Source: Nostoc punctiforme PCC 73102 (GTDB taxonomy: Bacteria; Cyanobacteriota; Cyanobacteriia; Cyanobacteriales; Nostocaceae). Taken from it: a stretch of 32,000 nt of DNA. The translations under genes and the position numbers were made by a program. The DNA is taken from positions 870,001-902,000 of the forward strand of contig NC_010628.1 of the NCBI RefSeq assembly GCF_000020025.1, given 5' to 3'. Positions within the stretch are counted from its first letter, which is position 1; each line of letters begins with the position of its first letter. A model generated the notes under the pieces. It did no database searches, was not told the DNA's origin, and saw only the letters and a list, made by a program, of their open reading frames with translations. This document shows positions 17,410-26,743 of this stretch, in pieces.

Positions 17410-18471
17410 CTAATCCCCAGTCCCCAACAAATAAATCAACGCTTCTACTAGAACTTGATTTTGTTCATCTGTGCCAACAGTAATGCGTAATTTATCGTCT
17501 AGCCCAGGCTGCTTGAAGTAACGGATTAAAATTCCCTGTTCTTTCAGTTGTTGATAGAGATATTCCGCGTTTCTTTGTGGAGGCTGTACCAGCAAAAAGT
17601 TAGTTTGGGAATCCCAGATATGAAAACCTAATTGTTTTAAGTCTGTTGATAGCTGATTCCGCGATGCTTTAATCTTTGCCACACAAGCATTTTTATAAGC
17701 TTGATCGGTAATAGCAGCCGTGCCAATTGCACAAGCGATCGCATCAATGTTATAGCTATCCTTCACTTTAAACAATCCCTGCAACAGTTTAGGATTCGCC
17801 ACTCCAAATCCCAATCGCAGTCCAGCCAACGAGTACCCCTTAGAAAGGGTACGAATTATGATGACATTTTCGTATTCCTTTACCAAAGCCAACGCATTCT
17901 CTTCGGTAAAATCTACATAAGCTTCGTCAATCACTAAAACTCCAGATAACTGGTTGGCTAATTGGCGCAACTCGTTAATTGCTACCAGATGCCCCGATGG
18001 ACTATTCGGTGACGCAATGAATGTGACAGAACCATTGACAGCAACCATTTCTTCCAAAGGTAAACTGTAGTCCTCGCTGTAGGAAATTTCAATAATTTCT
18101 GCACCTTGCATTTCTGCCAATGTACGATATAGCACATAAGTTGGCATCGGATAAACTACCTTCTTTCCAGGTTCTGCACAGGCCCGAATTACTACGCTCA
18201 ACAATTCGTCACTGCCATTGCCTACAATAATCCAATCGCTAGGAACTCTTAAAACTTTACTTGCGGCTTGCCGAAATTCCCCGCCGAAAGGTTCTGGATA
18301 CCGCCGCAACCACTCCCCCTCAATATTTCGCAGTACAGCTAGTGCCGCAGGGGAAGGAGGATAGGGGTTCTCGTTGCTGTTGAGTTTAATTATCTGTGTG
18401 CCGCGTTGGGGCTGCTCACCGGGAACATAGCTAGCCATTGCATCAACATTGGAGCGAAAGTAGTTAGTCAT
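17410..18471 (-). CDS. hisC: Histidinol-phosphate aminotransferase
   Basis: Class II aminotransferase pattern: NSNENPYPPSP, VIDEAYVDF, and TLSKGYSLAGLRLGF with the PLP lysine. The frame is open from TTG 18498, but ATG 18471 (MTNYFRSN..) is preferred. Confidence 0.9.
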   Translation of the reverse strand: MTNYFRSNVDAMASYVPGEQPQRGTQIIKLNSNENPYPPSPAALAVLRNIEGEWLRRYPEPFGGEFRQAASKVLRVPSDWIIVGNGSDELLSVVIRACAEPGKKVVYPMPTYVLYRTLAEMQGAEIIEISYSEDYSLPLEEMVAVNGSVTFIASPNSPSGHLVAINELRQLANQLSGVLVIDEAYVDFTEENALALVKEYENVIIIRTLSKGYSLAGLRLGFGVANPKLLQGLFKVKDSYNIDAIACAIGTAAITDQAYKNACVAKIKASRNQLSTDLKQLGFHIWDSQTNFLLVQPPQRNAEYLYQQLKEQGILIRYFKQPGLDDKLRITVGTDEQNQVLVEALIYLLGTGD

Positions 18472-18589
18472 AGGGCATTGGGTGCGTATCTTAAGCAAAT
18501 TTCAACTCACAATTTCTGACGATATCGTTTTTTGTCGTTTACATCAAAAAATACGGCTTTATAAATTACGAATGAGGAATTATTAAGAG

Positions 18590-19354
18590 ATGCCAGATAA
18601 GTGGAATCCAGAATTATACGAACGATTTGAGTCGGAAAGAAGTCGCCCGTTCTACGACTTAGTAGATATGATACATCGGCAAGAAAACTTACGAATTCTC
18701 GATTTAGGATGCGGAACTGGAAAGTTAACGAAGTATTTGCATGACACACTAGCAGCACAGGAGACTTTAGGGATAGATGCTTCTGAGAAAATGCTGCAAA
18801 AGGCTCGTCAGTTTGAAGGTAACGGACTACGCTTTGAGCAAGGAAAAATTGAGGAGAATCCAGGAGATGGGGAGTTTAATGTGATATTTTCTAATGCAGC
18901 ATTGCAGTGGTTGACGGAACATGAGGCGTTATTTGAGAAATTGCGGGGTAAGTTAAAACCTGGTGGACAGCTTGCTGTACAAATACCAACGATGGATACT
19001 GAGCCAGTACATAAAATAGCAGTTGAGACTGCAAAAGAATTTAGTCAAGAATTGGGAGGATACGTGCGGCGTTTAGAGGTACTTGCTCCAGAAACATACG
19101 CCAAACTGCTTTATGAATTGGGGTTTGTGAAGCAGGAAGTAAAGCTTCAGGTGTATGGACATGTGCTGCCTTCACGAGAAGCTGTAGTAGAGTGGTATCG
19201 CGGGACACTGCTAACAGCATACGAATCGAAGTTAGATGCCCAAACCTATGAACGATTTGTAGAACGTTATCAGCAGAAACTCTTCCAGTTGCTAGAAGAC
19301 GAGCGTCCGTTCTTTTTCCCCTATAAACGCATCTTAATGTGGGGAAGTATTTGA
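18590..19354 (+). CDS. tam: SAM-dependent methyltransferase, trans-aconitate 2-methyltransferase (Tam)-like
   Basis: KWNPELYERFESERSRPFYDL, the SAM motif ILDLGCGTGKLT, and FSNAALQWL parallel E. coli Tam. Confidence 0.7.
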   Translation: MPDKWNPELYERFESERSRPFYDLVDMIHRQENLRILDLGCGTGKLTKYLHDTLAAQETLGIDASEKMLQKARQFEGNGLRFEQGKIEENPGDGEFNVIFSNAALQWLTEHEALFEKLRGKLKPGGQLAVQIPTMDTEPVHKIAVETAKEFSQELGGYVRRLEVLAPETYAKLLYELGFVKQEVKLQVYGHVLPSREAVVEWYRGTLLTAYESKLDAQTYERFVERYQQKLFQLLEDERPFFFPYKRILMWGSI

Positions 19355-19454
19355 ACGCTTATGTCCCCTCAAAAATGTTTAAATCTCGTTAGAAAATAGA
19401 AGCAGGGGGCAGAGGAGCAAGAAAAGAATAACAATATCCAATGACAAATGACAA

Positions 19455-20033
19455 ATGACAAATCATTACCGATATATTATTTTTTACAAACCCTATGGCG
19501 TTCTCAGCCAATTTACAAAAGATGCTCCCACACATAGCACTCTGAAAGATTATATAGATGTACCTGATGTCTATCCTGTAGGACGCTTAGACTGGGATAG
19601 TGAAGGATTACTGCTGTTAACGAATGATGGACAATTGCAACATCGCCTTGCCCATCCGCGTTTTGGTCATAAACGTACTTACTGGGTACAGGTAGAGCGA
19701 ATTCCAGATGAAGATGCGATCAAAAGGTTGCAAACAGGCGTAAAAATTCAAGATTACCGCACTCAACCAGCACAAGTTAGGCTCTTATCAAAAGAGCCAG
19801 AGCTACCTGAACGCACCCCGCCAATTAGATTTCGCAAAAATGTACCGACAGCTTGGCTGGAAATGACTTTGACAGAGGGAAAAAACCGCCAAGTTCGGCG
19901 TATGACTGCGGCTGTTGGGTTTCCAACTTTGCGACTGGTTAGGGTCAGCATAGCCCACCTACAATTAGATGACTTACAATTGGGTGAATGGCGCGACCTT
20001 ACCACATCTGAACTCCAATTTATTTCTGTTTAG
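19455..20033 (+). CDS. rluE: Pseudouridine synthase, RsuA/RluE family without an S4 domain
   Basis: [14 protein letters not shown], the catalytic-Asp motif [17 protein letters not shown], and [10 protein letters not shown]. Confidence 0.8.
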   Translation: MTNHYRYIIFYKPYGVLSQFTKDAPTHSTLKDYIDVPDVYPVGRLDWDSEGLLLLTNDGQLQHRLAHPRFGHKRTYWVQVERIPDEDAIKRLQTGVKIQDYRTQPAQVRLLSKEPELPERTPPIRFRKNVPTAWLEMTLTEGKNRQVRRMTAAVGFPTLRLVRVSIAHLQLDDLQLGEWRDLTTSELQFISV

Positions 20034-20302
20034 AGACCACAGGAAGAGGGCTAAGGAGCAAGGGTAGATCGGGGGATGAGAAGGAAAAGGGAAGAAGGAA
20101 AATAACCATGCCCAATTCCCGATTCCCAATCTTGGCGATCGCTATCTTAATTAAACACAGCTTAATATACATTGGTTTGATAGGAATACCGGAGTTTTTA
20201 AAAAAACTTCTTGCGGGCTTTTGTAGAATATGTGATACTCTACATCTATAAACAAAGCACGGTAATCTTATCAATTTACCGTGGTTTAAAAGTACAGGAT
20301 TC

Positions 20303-21042
20303 ATGCAGCTACTATGGTTCATCCCAACCCACGGCGACGGACGTTACCTTGCAACTGCTACAGGTGGAAGGGCAGTAAGCTTTCCTTATCTGCGGCAGAT
20401 TGCCCAAGCGGTGGATGACCTTGGTTATACAGGGGCATTGCTGCCCACGGGACGTTCTTGCGAAGATGCTTGGATTGTAGCGTCAACGCTGCTATCGCTG
20501 ACACGACAGATGCGTTTTTTGGTGGCGATTCGTCCCGGCTTGGTATCGCCTGGAGTAGCGGCGCGGATGGCGGCGACTTTCGATCGTCTCTCTGGAGGAC
20601 GCTTGCTGATTAATGTCGTGACAGGAGGCGATCTCGTAGAGTTGGCGGGAGATGGCTTGCATTTGGATCACGATCGGCGCTATGAATTAACAGATGAATT
20701 TTTGACAGTATGGCGAGCGATCGCTAGTGGAGAACAAGCCAATCTTCAGGGCGATTATCTCAATATTCAAGATGGTAAGCTGCTGTTTCCAACTGTTCAA
20801 AAGCCATATCCACCGTTGTGGTTTGGTGGTTCCTCTCCTGTTGCCCAAAAAATTGCTGCCAAGCACGTAGATGTCTATCTAACTTGGGGCGAACCATCGG
20901 CGCAAGTAGCCGAAAAGATTTCATTAGTTCGCAGACTTGCAGAAATAGAAGGCCGGACTTTGCGGTTTGGGATTCGTTTACATGTGATTGTGCGCGAAAC
21001 CGAGAGTGCAGCTTGGGATGCAGCCAATGATTTAATTAAATA
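20303..21042 (+). pseudogene. ssuD: FMNH2-dependent alkanesulfonate monooxygenase SsuD, N-terminal 246 codons, interrupted by an IS
   Basis: [16 protein letters not shown].. and luciferase-like TIM-barrel motifs. The reading frame hits a stop at the first bases of the IS junction (..AANDLIK*). Confidence 0.85.
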
Positions 21043-22780
21043 GGGCTTGCTGAAAAAGTCATAAAAAAGCAATTCTTTTGGGTTGACTAGTTATTTAAGC
21101 AAGGTCAAAGATAAGTTTTTGTTGCCTATAGCTAGCAAAATCATAATGCTTGGTTATGTCAATCGCTAAAAAATGTCTATTTTTCCAAAATAGACATAAA
21201 AAGGCACAAAAAAACCGTGACAGGTGAGTAGAAAGATTCATGACTAAAAAAGTAATAGCAATCACAGTTAGAGTTGTATGAGGAAGTTTCGCCATTACTC
21301 TACTCAAGCTAAATCTTCTTTTAGCTTGTCCAAATTTGCCTTCAATACAATTACGAATCCTCTCATCTTGTAAAGCTTGCTTCTTTTTTTCTTTACTCAC
21401 ATTTTTTGGCGGTCTTCCTAAAGGAACTCCACTGATTCTAATACCTCTTTCTTTGCACCAAGATCGGTTTTCTCGCTTTGCGATAAATTTTATCAACATG
21501 AACAGATTCTGGATAATATCCAGTGTAGTTTTTAAAGGATTCTATTTGTGTTTTTAAGTCTCCTGATTCATTAAAGTTATCCCATCTAATATGGTCTAAA
21601 AATGCATATCCATCAAAGTAACTAGCAGATAGTTTAGCGCCAAATTCCACGGCTTTACCCGCTTTTCCTCGGACAATTGGACGGATATGTGGTTGGCTTA
21701 AACTTACAATACGGTCATCAATGCTCTGCTTTTTATTTTCATACAGCCATAGTTGTTGACGATATACTTCTGCGACTACCAGCAACATCTTATATTGTCT
21801 ATTAGTTAAACTTTTTAGAGATGCTCCTGCTACAATTAGCTGGTCAATATAGGATAAGTTTCTTTTAATATATTGGAGTTGTTTTTTAATCGCTTTTCTC
21901 CTCTCTTTTTGAGATACACGACGTTTTTTAGCTACTTCTAAGTAGTCTTTCCTAGCTATTTCTCGGTAAGTCCTTGGTTTTTTCTCTAATATTCCCTTTA
22001 TCTGTTCATAAAGCAAGTCAATTATTCTTTCTGTCTGTTTTCTCGCTTGATTTAATAGGTTTAAATCTGTTGGATAGCTGATATCACTAGGCACACAAGT
22101 CGCATCTAATATTAATTTCCCTCGATTTCTTAGCGTATTACCTTGTTCTGCTGCTTTTTCTGTCGATAGCGCAGCGTTAGCGAGTTCGCGAGCGTCTTCT
22201 GTTTTTTTTCGGTGTCAATAGAAGATGCTAACTCTAGCATCTTCTTAACCATTTCTTGATTCACATTATTGACTAGTTCTGCACTGATTCTTTCTCGAAA
22301 ATGTACTAACATGGATGCGTCAAATGGAGTTTTGTTACTATAAGATGACATCCCTATAAAGTACTGTAAATAAGGATTCTCCTTGATTTGCTCTACTGTT
22401 TCCCTGTCGCTTATACCTAGTTTCTCTTTAATTATTAATGCACCTAACGCCATCCGAAATGACTTTGCTGGTGCCCCTATCTCTGCGGAGAATCCGGCAG
22501 AATATTCCGACTCAAATTCTGTCCAGGGTATTAAATCGGCCATAATTACCCAACGATTATCTGATGATAACTTTCCCTCAAATGGAAGCTCAAAACTTTC
22601 TGCTGGAATTGGAGTTGATTCTTCTTTTCAGTACATAGTTAATAATGATACACTATGCTGCGACGAACCACTGTGATGCAAGGATTTTGGGCTATTTTAC
22701 CTTCTTGTCTTGCACCTGAATATACTTCTTTGGTCTGAGAATCTAGAGACTGCAACCTTTTCTTTTTTTTCAGCAAGCCC
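21043..22780 (-). mobile_element. IS5/IS1182-superfamily insertion sequence (1738 bp)
   Basis: Terminal inverted repeats GGGCTTGCTGAAAAA (21043-21057) and TTTTTCAGCAAGCCC (22766-22780). It is flanked by the 6-bp direct repeat TAAATA (21037-21042 and 22781-22786). The internal transposase frames have a DUF772-type N-terminus and a DDE C-terminus. Confidence 0.85.
21095..22543 (-). pseudogene. IS transposase split into three frames
   Basis: The three frames are 22543-22130 (MADLIPWTEFESEY..ENPYLQYFIGM), 22094-21438 (..DATCVPSDISYPTDLNLL..) and 21499-21095 (..RENRSWCKERGIRISG..IEGKFGQAKRRF..VMNL). The first break is at an A8 run (22203-22210). The second needs a +1 correction near 21476-21480. 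Confidence 0.8.
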
Positions 22781-23207
22781 TAAATATGTCGATGACGAAG
22801 CGATCGCTAAAGCTCAAAAAGCTTATGCCCGGATGGATTCAGTTGGACAACAACGGATGACTCAATTACACCACGGTAATCGTGAGGCTTTAGAGATTAG
22901 CCCGAATCTCTGGGCAGGAGTTGGTTTGGTGCGGGGTGGTGCAGGAACAGCCTTAGTAGGCGATCCCCAAACCGTAGCGGCCAGAATGTTGGAATATGCA
23001 GATTTAGGTATTGAGTCCTTTATCCTCTCTGGCTATCCTCACTTAGAGGAAGCTTATCGAGTCGCAGAACTTCTATTTCCCCATTTGCCCTTAGAAAATC
23101 TGCCCACAGTGGAGAAGCAAGATGTCTTGAGTCCATTTGGCGAGATTGTGGCAAATGAAGATTTCCCTAAGCAACAGCATCAGGAAAGAGCAACGTCCAT
23201 ATCCTAG
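22781..23207 (+). pseudogene. ssuD: SsuD C-terminal fragment (141 codons)
   Basis: [93 protein letters not shown] parallels the E. coli SsuD C-terminus. The ORF-track start at 22710 is IS-derived sequence. Confidence 0.85.
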
Positions 23208-23234
23208 TAATTAAGAACTAGGAGATTAACAGCC

Positions 23235-23853
23235 ATGCTGCACCAACAAATTGACCAAAGAATCTCAGAAAAACAAGCGTGGGCATTGCGTCGTCAGTTG
23301 GGGATACCTAACAATAAACGCTTGTGGGTGTTGGCGTGCATGGATGAGCGATTACCGATAGAAAAAGCATTGGGAATTGGTGAAGGAGATGCTCATATTT
23401 TCCGTAATGCTGGGGGGTTAGTTACGGATGATGCAATTCGGTCAGCGATTGTTAACTACACAGTTTTTTGGCACAAAAGAAATCATCGTCATTAATCATA
23501 CCGAATGTGGCATGATGACAGCATCAGGAGACTTTCTCAGTGAGGTATTGCGAAATCAAGGTATTGATGTGGATCGAGTTAGTGTAGATCCTGCTTTGCC
23601 AGAGTTGAAGCTACCAAAAGGCATTTTTTCCAAATGGATCAAAACGTTTACTGATGTGGATGAAATCTGCACACAGCAGGTGGAATTGCTGCGTAATTCT
23701 GCTTTAATTCCCCAAGATATAGTTATTCATGGCTACATCTGGGAAGTAGAAAGTATGAGTTTGCGCCGTCCTTACAAACGTCTGAGTGAGAAGGTCAACA
23801 CAGCATCAGCTATGAAGGCTAAAACTGCAAAACATACTGAACCCATTTTATAA
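23235..23853 (+). pseudogene. Beta-class carbonic anhydrase-like protein, frameshifted
   Basis: The zinc-ligand motifs C-x-D-x-R (LACMDERL) and H-x-x-C (INHTECGM) lie in two overlapping frames (23235-23495 and 23428-23853). The frame switch must fall around 23435-23455. Confidence 0.7.
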
Positions 23854-23870
23854 ATTGGGAGTTTAATTGA

Positions 23871-24437
23871 ATGACAAATATTTTAGCGATCGCAGGTAGT
23901 CCAACCCATCCATCTAGAACTTATGGTTTGGTCGAATACACCGCCAAGCTTTTACAACAAGAAGGCTTGCATATAGACATTATTTCAGTTCGGGATTTAC
24001 CTGCTGAAGATTTAGTTTTTGGAAGATACGACAGCCCTGCTTTAGAACAGCCAAAGGCTTTATTAGCAAAGGCAGATGGTGTAATTATTGCCACGCCCAT
24101 TTACAAAGCTGCTTACACAGGAGTGCTGAAAACATTTCTAGATTTGCTGCCACAAAAATCATTGACAGGTAAACCCGTATTACCAATTGCCCTTGGTGGA
24201 ACGATCGCTCATTTATTGGCAATTGAATATGCTCTGAAACCTGTATTATCTGAATTAGGAGCGCGGCATATCCTAGCTACAGTTTATGCGGTAGACAAAC
24301 AAATTCAACGGCAAGCTGATAACAGCGTTCTGCTAGATCAGGAAATTGAGCAAAGGCTCACAGATGTACTCAAAGAATTTGTAAAAGCTGTAGCTTATGA
24401 TGCCGCAGCGCCTCAAGAATTGGTTCATGCCAATTAA
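23871..24437 (+). CDS. ssuE: NAD(P)H-dependent FMN reductase SsuE
   Basis: 188 aa. ILAIAGSPTHPSRT, IIATPIYKAAYTGVLKTFLDLL and PIALGGTIAH show the flavodoxin-like FMN reductase pattern, and the gene lies next to ssuD. Confidence 0.8.
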   Translation: MTNILAIAGSPTHPSRTYGLVEYTAKLLQQEGLHIDIISVRDLPAEDLVFGRYDSPALEQPKALLAKADGVIIATPIYKAAYTGVLKTFLDLLPQKSLTGKPVLPIALGGTIAHLLAIEYALKPVLSELGARHILATVYAVDKQIQRQADNSVLLDQEIEQRLTDVLKEFVKAVAYDAAAPQELVHAN

Positions 24438-24465
24438 ATAATCAAGTTTATACCTCCGTTTACTC

Positions 24466-24505
24466 GTAGCGGATGGGTAATTTCTCCCCATCTGCTACCT
24501 TTTTT
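24466..24505 (+). terminator. Intrinsic terminator of ssuE
   Basis: GTAGCGGATGGG-TAATTTCTC-CCCATCTGCTAC forms a 12-bp stem with one G-U pair, followed by CTTTTTT. Confidence 0.7.
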
Positions 24506-24645
24506 AAAAGTTAATCAAATTAGCATGAAATTTCATTAAGATAACAACCGGACTGTCTCACCACTTTGCGTCTAAGTTTAAAAAATAATTTTTACAACTA
24601 ATTTAGGATTGCTATATATATCAAAATTGTCTCCTAACTCTACGC

Positions 24646-24688
24646 GTAGTAGATTAGTTAATTTAACTGATCTACTACTTTTTCTTTT
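24646..24688 (+). terminator. Second, orphan terminator-like hairpin
   Basis: GTAGTAGAT-(15 nt)-ATCTACTAC is followed by TTTTTCTTTT. A sigma70-like TTACAA-17-TATATA lies about 25-50 nt upstream. Confidence 0.4.
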
Positions 24689-24782
24689 GAGATTTTAAAA
24701 TTGCCATCAGGATATAAGAAAGTTTCCCAAAAGTATAGGTTGGATAAGGTATTAGCCTTATCCAACCAAAGCGCGATCACTT

Positions 24783-24883
24783 TGGGAGCATCCACTTTTG
24801 GAAGAAACATAATTTTGGTACTCCAAAAACCCTACTATATAGTTCATCTAAAAAAGTAGATCCGCCGAAAGTGGATGCTCCCA
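24783..24883. repeat. 16-bp perfect inverted repeat enclosing 69 nt
   Basis: TGGGAGCATCCACTTT (24783-24798) pairs with AAAGTGGATGCTCCCA (24868-24883). A separate 12-bp hairpin GGTTGGATAAGG/CCTTATCCAACC lies at 24739-24768. Confidence 0.75.
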
Positions 24884-25343
24884 TCATTTTTAATGCAAGA
24901 GCATCATAACTTTATTTAAAGTTATTTCGATAAACCTCTCCCTGCCTTGAACTTTAGTTCAAGCCTAGTTTTATTGCATCAATGAGAAAAAGGCAAACTT
25001 AACCATTAAGTAGAGTGCGAATAACTTATGTATTTAGATAAACTTAATGGTTAAGGAAAATTACTTTAATTTTTTATAAAAATACTCTTACTCTTTTAAT
25101 GAAAATGCAAGGACAGTTAAGACTATTTAGACAATTAAGTAAACATTTAATAAAGTTTTAATATTTTATTAGGTTGGTAATATCGGTAGATCATTCGTTA
25201 TGAGCGTTGTTTATCGCAAATAAGTAGCGTCGTGTTGGCGCAGTCCAACCTAGGCATCTACAGCCACCGTATATTAATGGCAATACGCTTTTTTGGTCAG
25301 GTTAGCCAGTAAATTAGATGTAGAGCGTAAAAAAATAAACTCA

Positions 25344-26681
25344 ATGAAAGCGATATCTAACGACAAGCCGCAAGGCGTGTGCGCTACTGATTTTGCATCT
25401 GTTCTTGGCGAAGAAAATGCTGTTTGCCTTTGGGAAAATATCGAAATAGGCCAGCAAAAACGTATCCAACAGGCTGTAACTTCTGGAAAACCTCCCACTT
25501 GTATCGTCTATCCTCGCACCCAACAACAACTAGCCGCAGTCATCGCCAAAGCTTACAGTCACAACTGGCGCGTCCTCCCCTGTGGTAGTGGCAGTAAACT
25601 TAGCTGGGGTGGTTTAGCTAAGGGCGTTGATGTCGTAGTTGGTACAGAACGCATCAATCAACTGATAGAACATGCTGTTGGAGATTTGACTGTCACAGTA
25701 GAAGCTGGAATGAAGTTCTCCGATTTGCAGGCACTTTTAGCAAAATCGCGGCAATTTCTCGCCCTTGACCCCACAGCACCGCAGTCAGCAACTATTGGCG
25801 GTATTGTTGCCACAGGTGATACAGGTTCTCTGCGGCAGCGTTATGGTAGTGTGCGCGACCAGTTACTAGGTGTTACCTTTGTCCGTGCTGATGGAGAAAT
25901 CGCAAAAGCTGGGGGAAGAGTAGTTAAAAATGTTGCTGGATATGACTTGATGAAGTTGCTTACTGGGTCTTACGGCACGTTAGGCTTTATTAGTCAACTA
26001 ACTTTTCGGGTGTATCCGCTATCAGAGGCATCGGGGACGGTGGTACTAACTGGTAGTGCCGAGGCTGTATCCCAAGCAGCTGATATCCTTCGAGGTTCGG
26101 CATTAACACCAGTTCAGGCTGATTTGCTATCAACTAAATTGGTGTCTAGCTTAGGTTTGGGTGAAGGACTAGGATTAATTGCCCGTTTTCAAAGTATTAG
26201 TGAGAGTGTTAAAGAACAGTCAAACCGAGTTTTAGAAGTAGGTCAAAAGTTAGGTTTAGATGGGGCAATTTTTGCTGATGCTGATGAGGCTAGTCTATGG
26301 CAGAGATTGCAAGAACGAATACATAGTACTGCCACAGAATCTGTAATTACCTGCAAAATAGGAGTGTTACCTACTGCTGCTGTAGATATTTTGACTCAGG
26401 TGGGGTTGGGTTTAATTCATATAAGTAGTGGTTTAGGTTTGTTACAATTAGAGGATAAAAATCAAGTTTTAAAAGTGCGCGAGCAGCTACGCTCCGCCGG
26501 AAGCGATGGCACTCAAGCAAATAGTGGTTTTTTAACAATTTTGGAAGCACCAATGGCGGTTAAAGAACAAGTAGATGTTTGGGGTTATAATGGCAATGCT
26601 TTGCCGTTGATGCGCCGTATTAAGGAACAGTTTGATAGTAAGAATATTTTAAGTCCTGGTCGGTTTGTGGGTGGTATTTAG
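25344..26681 (+). CDS. glcE: Glycolate oxidase/dehydrogenase FAD-binding subunit GlcE
   Basis: It has a PCMH-type FAD-binding domain (VLPCGSGSKLSWGG, GGRVVKNVAGYDL) and is followed by glcF. The frame is open from TTG 25293, but ATG 25344 is preferred. Confidence 0.8.
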   Translation: MKAISNDKPQGVCATDFASVLGEENAVCLWENIEIGQQKRIQQAVTSGKPPTCIVYPRTQQQLAAVIAKAYSHNWRVLPCGSGSKLSWGGLAKGVDVVVGTERINQLIEHAVGDLTVTVEAGMKFSDLQALLAKSRQFLALDPTAPQSATIGGIVATGDTGSLRQRYGSVRDQLLGVTFVRADGEIAKAGGRVVKNVAGYDLMKLLTGSYGTLGFISQLTFRVYPLSEASGTVVLTGSAEAVSQAADILRGSALTPVQADLLSTKLVSSLGLGEGLGLIARFQSISESVKEQSNRVLEVGQKLGLDGAIFADADEASLWQRLQERIHSTATESVITCKIGVLPTAAVDILTQVGLGLIHISSGLGLLQLEDKNQVLKVREQLRSAGSDGTQANSGFLTILEAPMAVKEQVDVWGYNGNALPLMRRIKEQFDSKNILSPGRFVGGI

Positions 26682-26743
26682 TTTGAAGAAAACGAACCGC
26701 AGAGACGCTGAGGGCGCTGAGATAAAGAGGGGAAATAATAATT

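Noticed and set aside
19441-19461. ATGACAA x3 heptamer repeat at the pseudouridine synthase start as a phase-variation switch
   Set aside because: The functional ATG is in the last unit, so adding or removing upstream 7-nt units would not change the reading frame. This is most likely an ordinary STRR-type repeat. The same applies to TTGAATT x3 at 7981-8001.
22710-22780. The N-terminal 24 codons of the 22710-23207 ORF ([25 protein letters not shown])
   Set aside because: This stretch lies inside the IS right end, and the start is an artefact of the insertion. Genuine SsuD sequence begins at 22781.
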